Positions 9,945 through 20,170 of a stretch of DNA of 64,000 bases are shown in pieces. A program made the translations under genes and the position numbers. The DNA lies in assembly GCA_963676565.1 (NCBI GenBank), contig OY781089.1, forward strand, positions 2,304,001 to 2,368,000, read 5' to 3'. The notes beneath the pieces are model-generated. The model was not told the DNA's origin. It made no database searches and saw only the letters and a list, made by a program, of their open reading frames with translations. The first letter of the stretch is position 1, and the number at the start of each line of letters is the position of its first letter. Source of the DNA: Halarcobacter sp. Its GTDB lineage: Bacteria; Campylobacterota; Campylobacteria; Campylobacterales; Arcobacteraceae.

Positions 9945-10589
9945 TTGAAAAAAAGAAATCATATAAAAAAGATATCAAATTACACTATAGTTGGTGGTCT
10001 TGGAGCAATTTTAATTGCTGGATTAGCAGGATGTGAAGATAAATCTGCAAATAACCAAAATCAAGCTCAGAACAATGCCTTTACAAGTGCTTCTCAAAAA
10101 CAAGAAGCTTTTGTAATTATTGAAAAACTACAAGGTGGTGGATACACTATTGCTGATGAATTTCCTGCTTCTAAAACTACAATTGTTTTAAGAGAACTTG
10201 ATGGAAGTGAAAGAATTCTTTCACAAGCAGAGATTGATGCTTTAATAAAAGAAGAAGCTGTTAAAATAGATAATGGAACTTCAGGACTTACAAACCCAGA
10301 GATGTCAAATGGAATGGGACTTGGTGGAGTTTTATTATCTTCTATAGCTGGAGCGATGCTTGGATCATGGATTGGTAATAAACTATTTAACAATCAAAAC
10401 TATCAAAATCAAAGAAAAGCTCAATATAAATCTCCTCAAACATATAGTAGATCACAAAGTTCATTTACAAAAGCTGCTAAATCTAGTACTTCAAGTTCTA
10501 GTAGTAAAAAAAGTGGATTTTTTGGGAGTAAATCAGGAACATCAAAATCTGGTTCATTCTTTGGTAAAAGTTCAGGGTTTGGTGGATAA
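9945..10589 (+). CDS. UPF0323 family lipoprotein
   Basis: Lipobox LAGC, Ser/Gly-rich tail ending SSGFGG; precedes Gsp synthase as in other Campylobacterota. Confidence 0.85.
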   Translation: MKKRNHIKKISNYTIVGGLGAILIAGLAGCEDKSANNQNQAQNNAFTSASQKQEAFVIIEKLQGGGYTIADEFPASKTTIVLRELDGSERILSQAEIDALIKEEAVKIDNGTSGLTNPEMSNGMGLGGVLLSSIAGAMLGSWIGNKLFNNQNYQNQRKAQYKSPQTYSRSQSSFTKAAKSSTSSSSSKKSGFFGSKSGTSKSGSFFGKSSGFGG

Positions 10590-10594
10590 AAAAG

Positions 10595-11773
10595 ATGAAT
10601 TTAGAAAAACTTCAACCCTTAACAGACGAATACTTAGAATCAATAGGTTTTGTTTGGCATACCGATGAAGATGACTCTTCGTATGTAGCAGATGAGATTG
10701 TACAAATCACAGAAGATGAGGCAAATGCTTTTTATGAAGCTACTAATGAGCTTTATGATATGTTTTGTGAAGCTGGTGAATATGTGATTGAAAATAACCT
10801 ATTCCATGAAATCAATATCCCTTTTAACCTTGTTGAGCTAATAAAAGAATCATGGGAGAATGATGTTCATTGGCATCTTTATTCAAGATTTGATTTAGCT
10901 GGTGGTATTGATGGAAAACCTATAAAATTGATTGAGTTTAATGCTGATACACCAACTTCATTATTTGAAACTGCAATTATTCAATGGGCACTTTTAAAGA
11001 AAAATGGACTTGATGATGCAAGTCAGTTTAATAATCTTGTAGAAGCATTAAAGGACAATTTTAAAAGAATTATAACCTTAGATTCTGATATAGAAAAATT
11101 TGATGAATATTATTCAAAACTAGGTTGGAAAATATTATTTTCTTCAATCTCTAGTTCGAGTGAAGATATAAACACAACTAAACTTCTTCAACATCTTGCT
11201 AGTGAAGCTGGTTTTAATACTGATTTTGAATATATTGAAAATGTTCAATTTAACGATGAAGGTATTTACAAAGAAGATGAACTTTTTGAATTTTGGTTTA
11301 AACTTATTCCATGGGAAGATATTGCAATCGAAGAGAGTGAACTTGCATTAATGTTAACAGAGATTGTAAAAGAGAAAAAAGCTATTATTTTCAATCCTGC
11401 TTATACATTGATGTTTCAATCAAAAGGTTTTATGAAAATCCTATGGGATTTATATCCAAACCACCCTCTTCTTTTAGAAACTTCATTTGAACCATTAGAA
11501 GGAAAAAAACAAGTTGAAAAAAGATGTTTTGGAAGAGAAGGTGCAAACACAAAAATCATAAATGAAGATGGTTCAATTGATTGTGAAACTCAAGGTGATT
11601 ATGAAGGTCATAAAGCAATATTTCAAGAATATATAGAACTTCCAACTGATGAAAATGGAAACTCATATCAAGCTGGAGTATTTTATGCTTATGAGGCATC
11701 TGCTTTAGGTTTTAGAAGAGGTGAAAAAATTTTAAATAATATGTCAAAATTTGTAGGTCATATAATAAGATAA
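10595..11773 (+). CDS. Glutathionylspermidine synthase family protein
   Basis: RFD, EFNADTPT, FKLIPWE, GREGAN. Confidence 0.93.
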   Translation: MNLEKLQPLTDEYLESIGFVWHTDEDDSSYVADEIVQITEDEANAFYEATNELYDMFCEAGEYVIENNLFHEINIPFNLVELIKESWENDVHWHLYSRFDLAGGIDGKPIKLIEFNADTPTSLFETAIIQWALLKKNGLDDASQFNNLVEALKDNFKRIITLDSDIEKFDEYYSKLGWKILFSSISSSSEDINTTKLLQHLASEAGFNTDFEYIENVQFNDEGIYKEDELFEFWFKLIPWEDIAIEESELALMLTEIVKEKKAIIFNPAYTLMFQSKGFMKILWDLYPNHPLLLETSFEPLEGKKQVEKRCFGREGANTKIINEDGSIDCETQGDYEGHKAIFQEYIELPTDENGNSYQAGVFYAYEASALGFRRGEKILNNMSKFVGHIIR

Positions 11774-11783
11774 GCTTTAAAGC

Positions 11784-12698
11784 TTATCTTTTTGAATGGT
11801 GAGTTTTTTTCTCCTCATACATTCTTAAATCAGCAGTTGATATTAGTTTTTCAATATCCTTTCCATCTTCAGGAAAAATAGAAATACCAATACTACATTT
11901 AATAAAAAAACTATTATATTTAAACTCTATCTTTTTTGAAATTATTTGTGCTATTTCATTTTTTATACTCTCATGAACTTGCTCTTCATTTTGAGAGATA
12001 GTAAAGATTAAAAACTCATCTCCACCAAATCGACTTATAACATCAGATGCTCTAAAATTTTCTTTTAATCTATTTGCAATAACTTTTAAAACTTCATCAC
12101 CTGCATCATGTCCATAATTGTCATTTATATCTTTAAAATCGTCTAAATCAATAAAATATAGAACTGCTTCTTTACATTCTCTTTTACAAAGTTCAAGTAG
12201 TTTTTTTGATTGTTCAAAGAACATCCTTCTATTATAAAGCTTTGTTAAGGTATCAAAGTCAGCATGTTTTTGTAAATCTTCTTCTAGTTTTTTCTTGTTT
12301 GTAATATCTCTACATATTGCAAAAACTCCAACTATATTACCCTCTTCATCAAAAATTGGACTTTTTGTTGTACTTACATAACATACTTTTCCATCTCTTA
12401 TATAAGGTTCTTCTCTTGCAGTAAGATTCTTCCCTTTTTCCAAAACTTTTTTTTCCTCAGTATAATAGATTTTTGCAAACTCTTCTGGAAATAATTCAAA
12501 ATCTGTTTTACCTGCTAGTTGGGATCCCTCTTCAAAACCACAGTTTTTTGCAACTGTATCGCTGGCATATAAAAATTTATGTTCTTTATCTTTTATGAAA
12601 ATATAATCTGGAGTAGTTTTAAGTAAATAGAAAAAAAGAGACTCAATTTCTTTGAGTTTTTCTATATTATTTAATGATAGTTCATCGAAAAACTTCAT
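11784..12698 (-). CDS. PAS-domain diguanylate cyclase
   Basis: PAS (IFIKD..GKTDFELF) plus GGDEF; start placed at 12698 (MKFF) because of the AAGGA SD. Confidence 0.92.
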   Translation of the reverse strand: MKFFDELSLNNIEKLKEIESLFFYLLKTTPDYIFIKDKEHKFLYASDTVAKNCGFEEGSQLAGKTDFELFPEEFAKIYYTEEKKVLEKGKNLTAREEPYIRDGKVCYVSTTKSPIFDEEGNIVGVFAICRDITNKKKLEEDLQKHADFDTLTKLYNRRMFFEQSKKLLELCKRECKEAVLYFIDLDDFKDINDNYGHDAGDEVLKVIANRLKENFRASDVISRFGGDEFLIFTISQNEEQVHESIKNEIAQIISKKIEFKYNSFFIKCSIGISIFPEDGKDIEKLISTADLRMYEEKKTHHSKR

Positions 12699-12762
12699 AA
12701 TATATTCCTTCTTTACTAAAACTAGTACATATAAGAAATTATAACACAAAATTATTAATATT

Positions 12763-13737
12763 TTAAATTTTATTTAACTCTATATATTTATCTATTAAAG
12801 AAAGTTTATCTTTATTTATAAACTCTAAATCAAGTTTTGTAAGATAGAGATTATCAAAATTAAAGTTTTGTAACTTTACAAAATCTTTTTCAGTTGTAAT
12901 AAAGCTATACCCTTCATACTTTGATTTTATATCATTTATTTCGCTATTAGTAAAATTATGATGATCTTCAAAAGCTATCATTTTTGTATTTTCAGGTAGA
13001 AATTCTAAAACTCTTTTTGGCTTAGAAATTGCTGTTAAAAGTACAAGTTTAAAAGGTAGTTCATTTACGACTTTATCATCTTTATAAATTGTGACAACTC
13101 TTTTAAAATCAATACTTTCTTGAAGTTCTAAATTTGCTAAAGAGTATGCCATTTTAGGTTCTCTATAACCACCACTTGGCAAACACAAAAGATTTGTTGG
13201 TTCATCTTTAGGTCTTATTAAAATATCAAATTTTTTTATATCGTATTTAGAAAAACCATCATCTAAAAATATTAACTTACAGTTTAATTCTTTTGCTTTT
13301 AAAATAGCTTTCTTTCTATCCTCACTAACAATTATTGTAGCATTTGGCAATGATTTTGCTAGAAGCATTGCCTCATCTCCACTTGTATTAGTATCAGTTA
13401 ATATTTTCCCATTCTTTGAAACTACAAATAAACCCTTTGATTTTCTTCCATAACCCCTTAAAATAACTGAAACATCTTCATAATTTTTGGCAAGTTTTAT
13501 TGTTAATGGTGTTTTTCCACTTCCTCCAACAATAATATTTCCAATAGAAATAATTGGAATTTTAAAATCAATTGGAGTTGCCTTAACTCTTTTAAAAGCA
13601 ATAATTAACATATAAACTAAGGTAAAGGGGAGTAAAAGTATTGAGATGAATCTTTGGAAAAGGTTTGGGAAGAAGAGATAATCTTCTACCCATAAAAAAA
13701 GCTTTTGCTTCAAATATTTATACCCATTCAGAAGCAA
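12763..13737 (-). CDS. lpxK: Tetraacyldisaccharide 4'-kinase
   Basis: GNIIVGGSGKTP, RGYG, GDEA, LDDGF, TTEKD; exact start uncertain. Confidence 0.93.
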   Translation of the reverse strand: MLLNGYKYLKQKLFLWVEDYLFFPNLFQRFISILLLPFTLVYMLIIAFKRVKATPIDFKIPIISIGNIIVGGSGKTPLTIKLAKNYEDVSVILRGYGRKSKGLFVVSKNGKILTDTNTSGDEAMLLAKSLPNATIIVSEDRKKAILKAKELNCKLIFLDDGFSKYDIKKFDILIRPKDEPTNLLCLPSGGYREPKMAYSLANLELQESIDFKRVVTIYKDDKVVNELPFKLVLLTAISKPKRVLEFLPENTKMIAFEDHHNFTNSEINDIKSKYEGYSFITTEKDFVKLQNFNFDNLYLTKLDLEFINKDKLSLIDKYIELNKI

Positions 13738-14866
13738 TTTCTATAATTTGATCACAAATATAATTCGCATCTTCATCTGTCATTCCTGGATACATTGGGA
13801 TTGACAAGATTTGTTGATATGAAGTTAAAGCCGAACTAAATGTTGTAATTTTAATAGAATATTTATTTTTATAATATGTTAATAGGTGTAATGGAATATA
13901 GTTAAGTCCTGTTGAAACACCTCTTTCTTTCAATGCTCTTGCAAAAGCATCTCTATTTCTTGAGATTTTAATGATAAATTGTGTGAAGATATGCTCTTCT
14001 TTATGAGGAGGAATTGTAACATGTCTAATACCACTTAATCTATCTTTATAAATCTTTGCAATCTCTTTTCTTCTTTTAATAAATTTATTAGTTTTTTTCA
14101 ATTGTGCCAAAGAAAAAGCTGCATCTAACTCAGACATATCATATTTATGTCCAATATCAACAACATCATAAATATAGTCTAAGTTACCAAAATCATCATA
14201 TGTAGTTGTAATTGCATGGGTTCTTAAAAGTTTTGCTCTTTCAGCAATCTCTTCGTTATTTGTAACAATTACCCCTGCTCTACTCACTGAATATTTACCA
14301 TTTGATGGGTTTGTTGAGAAAATTGTCATATCAGCTCTTAAGCTTCCAACAGTTTCATCATTGTAAGTTACACCTAATGCTGATGTAGCATCTTCAATTA
14401 ATATAATTCCATATTTCTCAGCAATATCATAAAGTCTATCTAAATCAGGAGTTTGTCCTGCAACAAAAGTGATAATTGCCCCTCTTAATTTTTTTGATTT
14501 ATTCTCTTCCAATGCTTTTTCAAATTTATTTAAATCAATATTCATATCTTCAGGATTTATATCAATAAAAATTGGCTCAGCATCAAAATGTCTTACAACT
14601 TCAGGAACATTAACAAAAGAATTAACTGACATTAAAATTTTATCACCTCTTTTTAATTTTATTGCACTTAAAGCAAGGTGAATTGCACCTGTTGCATTAC
14701 AAGTTGCAATTGCATGTTTTGCTCCTACAAAGTTTGCTATATTTTCTTCAAATTCTATAACTTTGTTTTCATCTCTATTCATTTCAAGAACATCTTTTAA
14801 TTGTCCTAATTCTTCATCTCCCAATGATGTTTGATAAAAAGGTATTTCTTTCATTCTTTGCTCCAT
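13718..14866 (-). CDS. DegT/DnrJ/EryC1/StrS aminotransferase family protein
   Basis: NATGAIHLAL, IEDA, family-typical C-terminus LSIPMYP; true start possibly MKEIPF. Confidence 0.88.
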   Translation of the reverse strand: MEQRMKEIPFYQTSLGDEELGQLKDVLEMNRDENKVIEFEENIANFVGAKHAIATCNATGAIHLALSAIKLKRGDKILMSVNSFVNVPEVVRHFDAEPIFIDINPEDMNIDLNKFEKALEENKSKKLRGAIITFVAGQTPDLDRLYDIAEKYGIILIEDATSALGVTYNDETVGSLRADMTIFSTNPSNGKYSVSRAGVIVTNNEEIAERAKLLRTHAITTTYDDFGNLDYIYDVVDIGHKYDMSELDAAFSLAQLKKTNKFIKRRKEIAKIYKDRLSGIRHVTIPPHKEEHIFTQFIIKISRNRDAFARALKERGVSTGLNYIPLHLLTYYKNKYSIKITTFSSALTSYQQILSIPMYPGMTDEDANYICDQIIEIASEWV

Positions 14867-14991
14867 TTAGTATTTGCTAGGCTAAAGTATTTTTCTTTGC
14901 CTCTTTTAAAAATAATTTATTGTAAAGTACACAATTATGTAACAATCTATTTATTTCTTCTTCCTAGTTGCCCTAATAATTTTATTATAAA

Positions 14992-15213
14992 TTAATTTTC
15001 CTTTGTTTTTTCATAAATCTCATCTAAATAATCAAAAGTAGTTTCTCTTATTTGGCTTTTTTTAAAAATTAAGTCATTTTTTATAGCTTCTAATTCATAT
15101 TCTTGAAAATATTCTAAAAAAATTGGATTAATATCAATTTTTTCATTTTGATTAGTTGCAATTAATTTTTTTATATCTTCTATTAATTCTTCTTTTTTCA
15201 TTTTATCCTGCAA
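14992..15213 (-). CDS. Hypothetical protein
   Basis: In an operon, overlaps the upstream gene. Confidence 0.65.
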   Translation of the reverse strand: MQDKMKKEELIEDIKKLIATNQNEKIDINPIFLEYFQEYELEAIKNDLIFKKSQIRETTFDYLDEIYEKTKEN

Positions 15214-15430
15214 ATTTATTTAATATTTGAGTTAAATATAGTTCCATCTTTTCTGAACCTATATCCTTCTCTTCACTTTGACAACATTTACAACAAGTCC
15301 CTGCATCAGTAATCTCTCCAAGTTTGTCTAAAGTTGAAGCATCTCTTTCTTTTATTGCATGCATAATTTCACCCAAAGTAACATGTTTACACTTACATAC
15401 TTCATAGGAATGATGAAATTTTCTAGCCAT
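15203..15430 (-). CDS. BFD-like [2Fe-2S] protein
   Basis: VCKC...AGTCCKCC. Confidence 0.85.
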   Translation of the reverse strand: MARKFHHSYEVCKCKHVTLGEIMHAIKERDASTLDKLGEITDAGTCCKCCQSEEKDIGSEKMELYLTQILNKFAG

Positions 15431-15653
15431 TTAAAACCTCTTTTAAAATATCTTTACAATAAATCTTTTTCTTTATTTTGCCAAAATCCCCTTCAGGGAA
15501 AATGCAATGCCTACAATCTGTACCAGCAGTTGTAATATCTTGAATAGCGCCTAATGTTTTAGCATCTTTTTCTAAGATTGCATCTTTTATTGTTTTTAAA
15601 GAAACCTTTCTACAGTTACAAACTTCATATTTCTCATCGAATTCTTCAAGCAA
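15423..15653 (-). CDS. BFD-like [2Fe-2S] protein
   Basis: VCNC...AGTDCRHC. Confidence 0.85.
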   Translation of the reverse strand: MLEEFDEKYEVCNCRKVSLKTIKDAILEKDAKTLGAIQDITTAGTDCRHCIFPEGDFGKIKKKIYCKDILKEVLNG

Positions 15654-16409
15654 TTATATCTTTCTCTCTTTCTTTATTAATTCATAAGCTTCATTAATCT
15701 CTTGAAGTTTTTTTGTAGCCTGGTCTATAATATCTTGCCCTGCACCACTTCCAGAAACAATATCAGGATGATGTTTTTTTACAAGAGTTCTATAGTTTTT
15801 CTTCAATGTTGCATTATCATCATTTGAATTTGATTCTAAAACCTCATATGCTTTTTCTAAAGATAAAGCTTGACTTGCTTTTTGACTAGCATAAAAGTTT
15901 TCAAATTTTTTAACAAGATTTTCAAAGTCTTGCTTTTTGATCTTTAAAGCATTTGAAATATCTTCACAAATCATCAATTCAGTTTTAGAGAATTCTTTAT
16001 CGATAAATGCAATATTTAATAAGTATTCTATAATTCCTACTCTTTTTTCGTAGTGTTTTTTTGTTATTTTATAAAGTTTTTCAGTAAGCTCTATTGTATT
16101 TTCAAAACTTTCTTTCTCTTGTTTATAAATATCTTTTAATTTTTCTCTAATCTCATCTTGATTTTCAAAATGTCTTGAGATATCAGAAAAAGTATGTTTT
16201 AACATCTCTGCTTCTAGCTCGCAAACTTGTCCATCTGCCTTTGCAACTTTTGCCATTAAAGCAACAAGTAAACCTGCTTCATGATTTAACAAATCGCCAT
16301 CAAATCTCTCTTTTATATCAAGTTTAATATTTTCAAACTTTTCAGTTTTATAACCTCTTGCAATAAAATATAAAATAATTCCAATTACAAGTAAAACTAT
16401 AATCTTCAT
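15654..16409 (-). CDS. djlA: DjlA-like co-chaperone (TM + TerB + J domain)
   Basis: AKVAKADG TerB-like motif, C-terminal J domain with HPD and INEAYE. Confidence 0.85.
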   Translation of the reverse strand: MKIIVLLVIGIILYFIARGYKTEKFENIKLDIKERFDGDLLNHEAGLLVALMAKVAKADGQVCELEAEMLKHTFSDISRHFENQDEIREKLKDIYKQEKESFENTIELTEKLYKITKKHYEKRVGIIEYLLNIAFIDKEFSKTELMICEDISNALKIKKQDFENLVKKFENFYASQKASQALSLEKAYEVLESNSNDDNATLKKNYRTLVKKHHPDIVSGSGAGQDIIDQATKKLQEINEAYELIKKERKI

Positions 16410-16566
16410 TTCAATCCTTTATTTATAATAAATATAAATTTTGGCAAATTTTAACAAAAAACAATTGAATTTTTGGATTAGATTATTTTTTGTATTATTT
16501 AAGTAGATTTTGTCTAGAATAAATCCGAAATAATATACTATACTTAACTTTACAATAGGTCAATAG

Positions 16567-18819
16567 ATGATTCAATCAAAAAAAATGAAAAAACTTAGAT
16601 TATTATTTGTATTTTTACTTTTAATTTTTCTAATTTTATCTTATGTAGTTACAAATTATTCAACAAAAAAATTTGTAAACAATGAATTAAACAATAAAAG
16701 TGATTCCTATTTAAAAGTTTATAAAACTGTTTACAACCAATATAAAGAGATGTCAGAAGTTTTTTGTAGTGGCTTAGTTACAATGAATCAATTAGATGAA
16801 AAATTATTAACCTATCCACAAAGTTCAGAAAATGCTCAAAAAAGCATTAGAGATAAGCTATATAAAAATATACAAAAAAGATATAAAACATTAGAAGAGA
16901 AGCATATTACAAGTATTAATATAGTTTTACCAGATAATACTTTTTTATTAGTAATGAAAAATCCTAAGAGATATAATTTTCAAGCAAGTGAATTAAGAAC
17001 AGATATTAGATATGTAAATAAAACAAATAAACCCTTAGATAGTTTTAGTATTGGAATAAAAGGTAGTGGTTTTAGGTTTTTATACCCAATTTTTCACAAA
17101 GAGAAATATGTTGGATTACTATCTTTTACCTTCGATGCTTCAGCAATAACATCAAGTATAATGAAACAGTATTATGTATTAAGTAATTTTTTTATTAAAG
17201 AGAGTTATTTTACAAATGATTTTTTAAATACTTCAAAGTTATATCAACCATCACATTTTAAAGGCTATTTGAATAATACAAAAGTTTTAAAAGAGCTAAA
17301 AAGTACCACAAGAAAAGATATAAATAATTTAATTTCAACTAAATCTAGTCAAGATAAAATTTATAAAAACTTTTCATCTTTAAATGTAGAAACTATTTAT
17401 GATAAAGAAGCAAATCTTACTGTTACAACTATTCCTATAATAAATAAAATTGATAATACTATTCAAGCTATTCTTACTATTGGAGCAAAAGCAGATTATA
17501 TTACTTCATATCTTTGGATAATGTATTTAATTAATGTCTTGATAATCTTAATAATATGTTTATTATTATATTTATTTTATAAAATCATTAATGAAAAAGA
17601 AGCATTAAAACTTGAAGTTAAGAAAAAGACTTATCAACTTCAAGAAATAAATGATAACTTAGAACATAAAATAGAAAAAAATACCCAAGAATTAAAAGAA
17701 AGAAATAATGAACTTCTTCAGCAAAAGAACTTTTTAAATGCACTAATTGAAACATCGCCTGTACCTTTTTTTATTAAAAATATTGAAGGAAACTATATAA
17801 ATGTAAACAAAGTTTGGTCTGAATTTACAGGTTTTTCAAAAGAAGAAATCTTAAATAAAAGTGTTTATGATGTTGCACCAAAACATATTGCTGATGTTTA
17901 CTATAGTCAAGATTTAAAAGTTTTTAACCTTGAAGAGAATCCTCAAGTTTATGAATCACAGGTTGTAAATAAAAATACTAAAAATATATATGATGTAATT
18001 TTTTATAAATCTGCATTTTTCAATGATGAAGGTGAAGTTGCAGGACTGATTGGAACACTACTTGATTTAACAAAAATCAAAAATCTTGAAGAGGAAAAAA
18101 TAAAAAAAGAAAAATTGATCTTAGAGCAAAGTAAATTTGTACAAATGGGTGATATGATAGGAAATATTGCCCATCAATGGAGACAACCATTAAGTTTGAT
18201 TTCTACTGTTACTTCAGGATTAAAACTTGACTTTGAACTTAATAAAATAGAAAAAGAAAACTCAATAAAAAACTTGCAAACTGTATTAGATACAGTTATT
18301 TACTTATCAGATACAATAAATCAATTTAGCAATTTTATTAAAGAGGATAGAACTTTAACAAAAGTAAAAGTACAAGATAGAATTTTAGAAGTTCTTAAAA
18401 TACTTGAAGCTTCACTAAAAAACAATCATATTAATATAAATTTACAATTAAATGAGGAAACTCCTTTATATGTTGAATTAGTAATAGGACAGTTATCACA
18501 AGTTTTAATTAACATTATCACAAATACTAAAGATGCTTACATTATTAATAAAATAACTACAAATAGAAAAATTGATATTAAAAGTTTTAAAAAAGATAAT
18601 TTTGCTTGTATTACTGTTGAAGATTATGCCGGTGGTATAAAAGAAGATATATTATCACAAATATTTGATCCATATTTTACAACTAAACATCAATATCATG
18701 GAACTGGTTTAGGGCTTTATATTTGTAAAGATATTATAGAAAAGCACTTAAAGGGTAAAATTTATGCGCAAAATACAAATAAAGGTGTTAAATTTACAAT
18801 TAAACTTCACTTAGTTTAA
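16567..18819 (+). CDS. PAS-domain sensor histidine kinase
   Basis: TM-periplasmic-TM, PAS, AHQWRQPL H-box, GTGLGL. Confidence 0.93.
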   Translation: MIQSKKMKKLRLLFVFLLLIFLILSYVVTNYSTKKFVNNELNNKSDSYLKVYKTVYNQYKEMSEVFCSGLVTMNQLDEKLLTYPQSSENAQKSIRDKLYKNIQKRYKTLEEKHITSINIVLPDNTFLLVMKNPKRYNFQASELRTDIRYVNKTNKPLDSFSIGIKGSGFRFLYPIFHKEKYVGLLSFTFDASAITSSIMKQYYVLSNFFIKESYFTNDFLNTSKLYQPSHFKGYLNNTKVLKELKSTTRKDINNLISTKSSQDKIYKNFSSLNVETIYDKEANLTVTTIPIINKIDNTIQAILTIGAKADYITSYLWIMYLINVLIILIICLLLYLFYKIINEKEALKLEVKKKTYQLQEINDNLEHKIEKNTQELKERNNELLQQKNFLNALIETSPVPFFIKNIEGNYINVNKVWSEFTGFSKEEILNKSVYDVAPKHIADVYYSQDLKVFNLEENPQVYESQVVNKNTKNIYDVIFYKSAFFNDEGEVAGLIGTLLDLTKIKNLEEEKIKKEKLILEQSKFVQMGDMIGNIAHQWRQPLSLISTVTSGLKLDFELNKIEKENSIKNLQTVLDTVIYLSDTINQFSNFIKEDRTLTKVKVQDRILEVLKILEASLKNNHININLQLNEETPLYVELVIGQLSQVLINIITNTKDAYIINKITTNRKIDIKSFKKDNFACITVEDYAGGIKEDILSQIFDPYFTTKHQYHGTGLGLYICKDIIEKHLKGKIYAQNTNKGVKFTIKLHLV

Positions 18820-18935
18820 AATTAACTTAATTTTTTTTAATAATCTTAATTAATTGCTTTAAAGGTCAAAATCTCAATCATCTTTTAACAAAGTTTTGGT
18901 AAAATCATCCCTTATTAATAGAATGGAGAAGTATA

Positions 18936-19436
18936 ATGTTCGGAATGGGCTTTATGGAAATATTCTTAATTGCAATTGTTGCAATTATAGCACTAGGACC
19001 AGAGAAATTACCAACAGCTATGGTAGATATAGCTAAATTTTTGAAAAAATTTAAATCAGGTTTAGATGATGCAAAATCAACTTTAGATAATGAACTTAAT
19101 ATTGCAGAGATGAAAGAAGAAGCTGCAAAATATAAAGCACAAATTGAAGAAGCAAAAAATACTCTAAATGTAAAACAAAATCTTAATTTAGGTCTTAATG
19201 AAATTATAAATGAAGATGATAAGCCTTCAAAAGATAATGGAACTAAAAAAGATAAGAGTGAAAAAGAGGAAAAAGTTTCTTTAAAGGAACCAAAAACTAA
19301 AAATGAATCATCATCAAAAGAAAAACCTAAAAAGAAAGAAAAAGAAGAAGTTGAAAAAACTGCTTTAAATGATGATTCAACTGATAAATTTAAAGTAGAA
19401 CTTGAAGAATTTGATGGAACTGAGGAAATTAAATAA
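18936..19436 (+). CDS. tatB: Tat translocase subunit TatB
   Basis: MFGMGFMEI..GPEKLP; upstream of tatC. Confidence 0.93.
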   Translation: MFGMGFMEIFLIAIVAIIALGPEKLPTAMVDIAKFLKKFKSGLDDAKSTLDNELNIAEMKEEAAKYKAQIEEAKNTLNVKQNLNLGLNEIINEDDKPSKDNGTKKDKSEKEEKVSLKEPKTKNESSSKEKPKKKEKEEVEKTALNDDSTDKFKVELEEFDGTEEIK

Positions 19437-20170
19437 TGTTAGAAGATTTAAAACCCCATATAGCAGACCTTAGAAAAAGATTAATAAATTCTACACTTTG
19501 TTTAATAGTCGCATTTTTTGCATGTTTTTTCTTTTATGAACCAATTTTAGAATGGATGATGGTTCCAGTAGAAGCTGCCCTTCCAGCAAATACTCAAATG
19601 ATTGCTGTTGAAATTCAAGAAACTTTCTTCACAGCTTTAAAAGTTGCATTTTTCTCTGGATTCATTCTTTCATTACCAGTAATATTTTGGCAAATGTGGC
19701 TTTTCTTAGCACCAGGGTTATACGACCATGAGAAAAAATTGGTTTTTCCATTTGTTTTCTTTGCAACATTAATGTTTCTAACTGGTGCTGCCTTTGCGTA
19801 TTATGTTGTTGTACCATTTGGTTTTGAGTTTTTAATTAATTTTGGTTCTGCTGTGGTTACAGTATTACCAAGTATTGGTAAATATGTAGGGTTCTTTACA
19901 AAGCTATTATTTGGTTTTGGTATTGCCTTTGAGTTACCAGTTATTACTTTCTTTTTAGCAAAAATAGGTTTAGTTGATGACCAAATGTTAAAAGACTATT
20001 TTAAATATGCAGTTGTTATTATATTTATTGTTGCATCTTTATTAACGCCACCTGATGTATTAACTCAATTTTTAATGGCTGGTCCATTAATTTTCCTTTA
20101 TATCGTATCTATTTATATTGCAAAAGTTTTCAACCCAGCAGTTAAAGATGATCAAGATGAAGAGGAATAA
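19436..20170 (+). CDS. tatC: Tat translocase subunit TatC
   Basis: HIADLRKRL, FLAPGLY, FELP, TPPD. Confidence 0.96.
   Translation: MLEDLKPHIADLRKRLINSTLCLIVAFFACFFFYEPILEWMMVPVEAALPANTQMIAVEIQETFFTALKVAFFSGFILSLPVIFWQMWLFLAPGLYDHEKKLVFPFVFFATLMFLTGAAFAYYVVVPFGFEFLINFGSAVVTVLPSIGKYVGFFTKLLFGFGIAFELPVITFFLAKIGLVDDQMLKDYFKYAVVIIFIVASLLTPPDVLTQFLMAGPLIFLYIVSIYIAKVFNPAVKDDQDEEE

Noticed and set aside
14851..14910. Possible nadE C-terminal remnant upstream of the DegT gene (nadE often neighbours lpxK)
   Set aside because: The short frame FKRGKEKYFSLANTKWSKE has no recognisable similarity I can support
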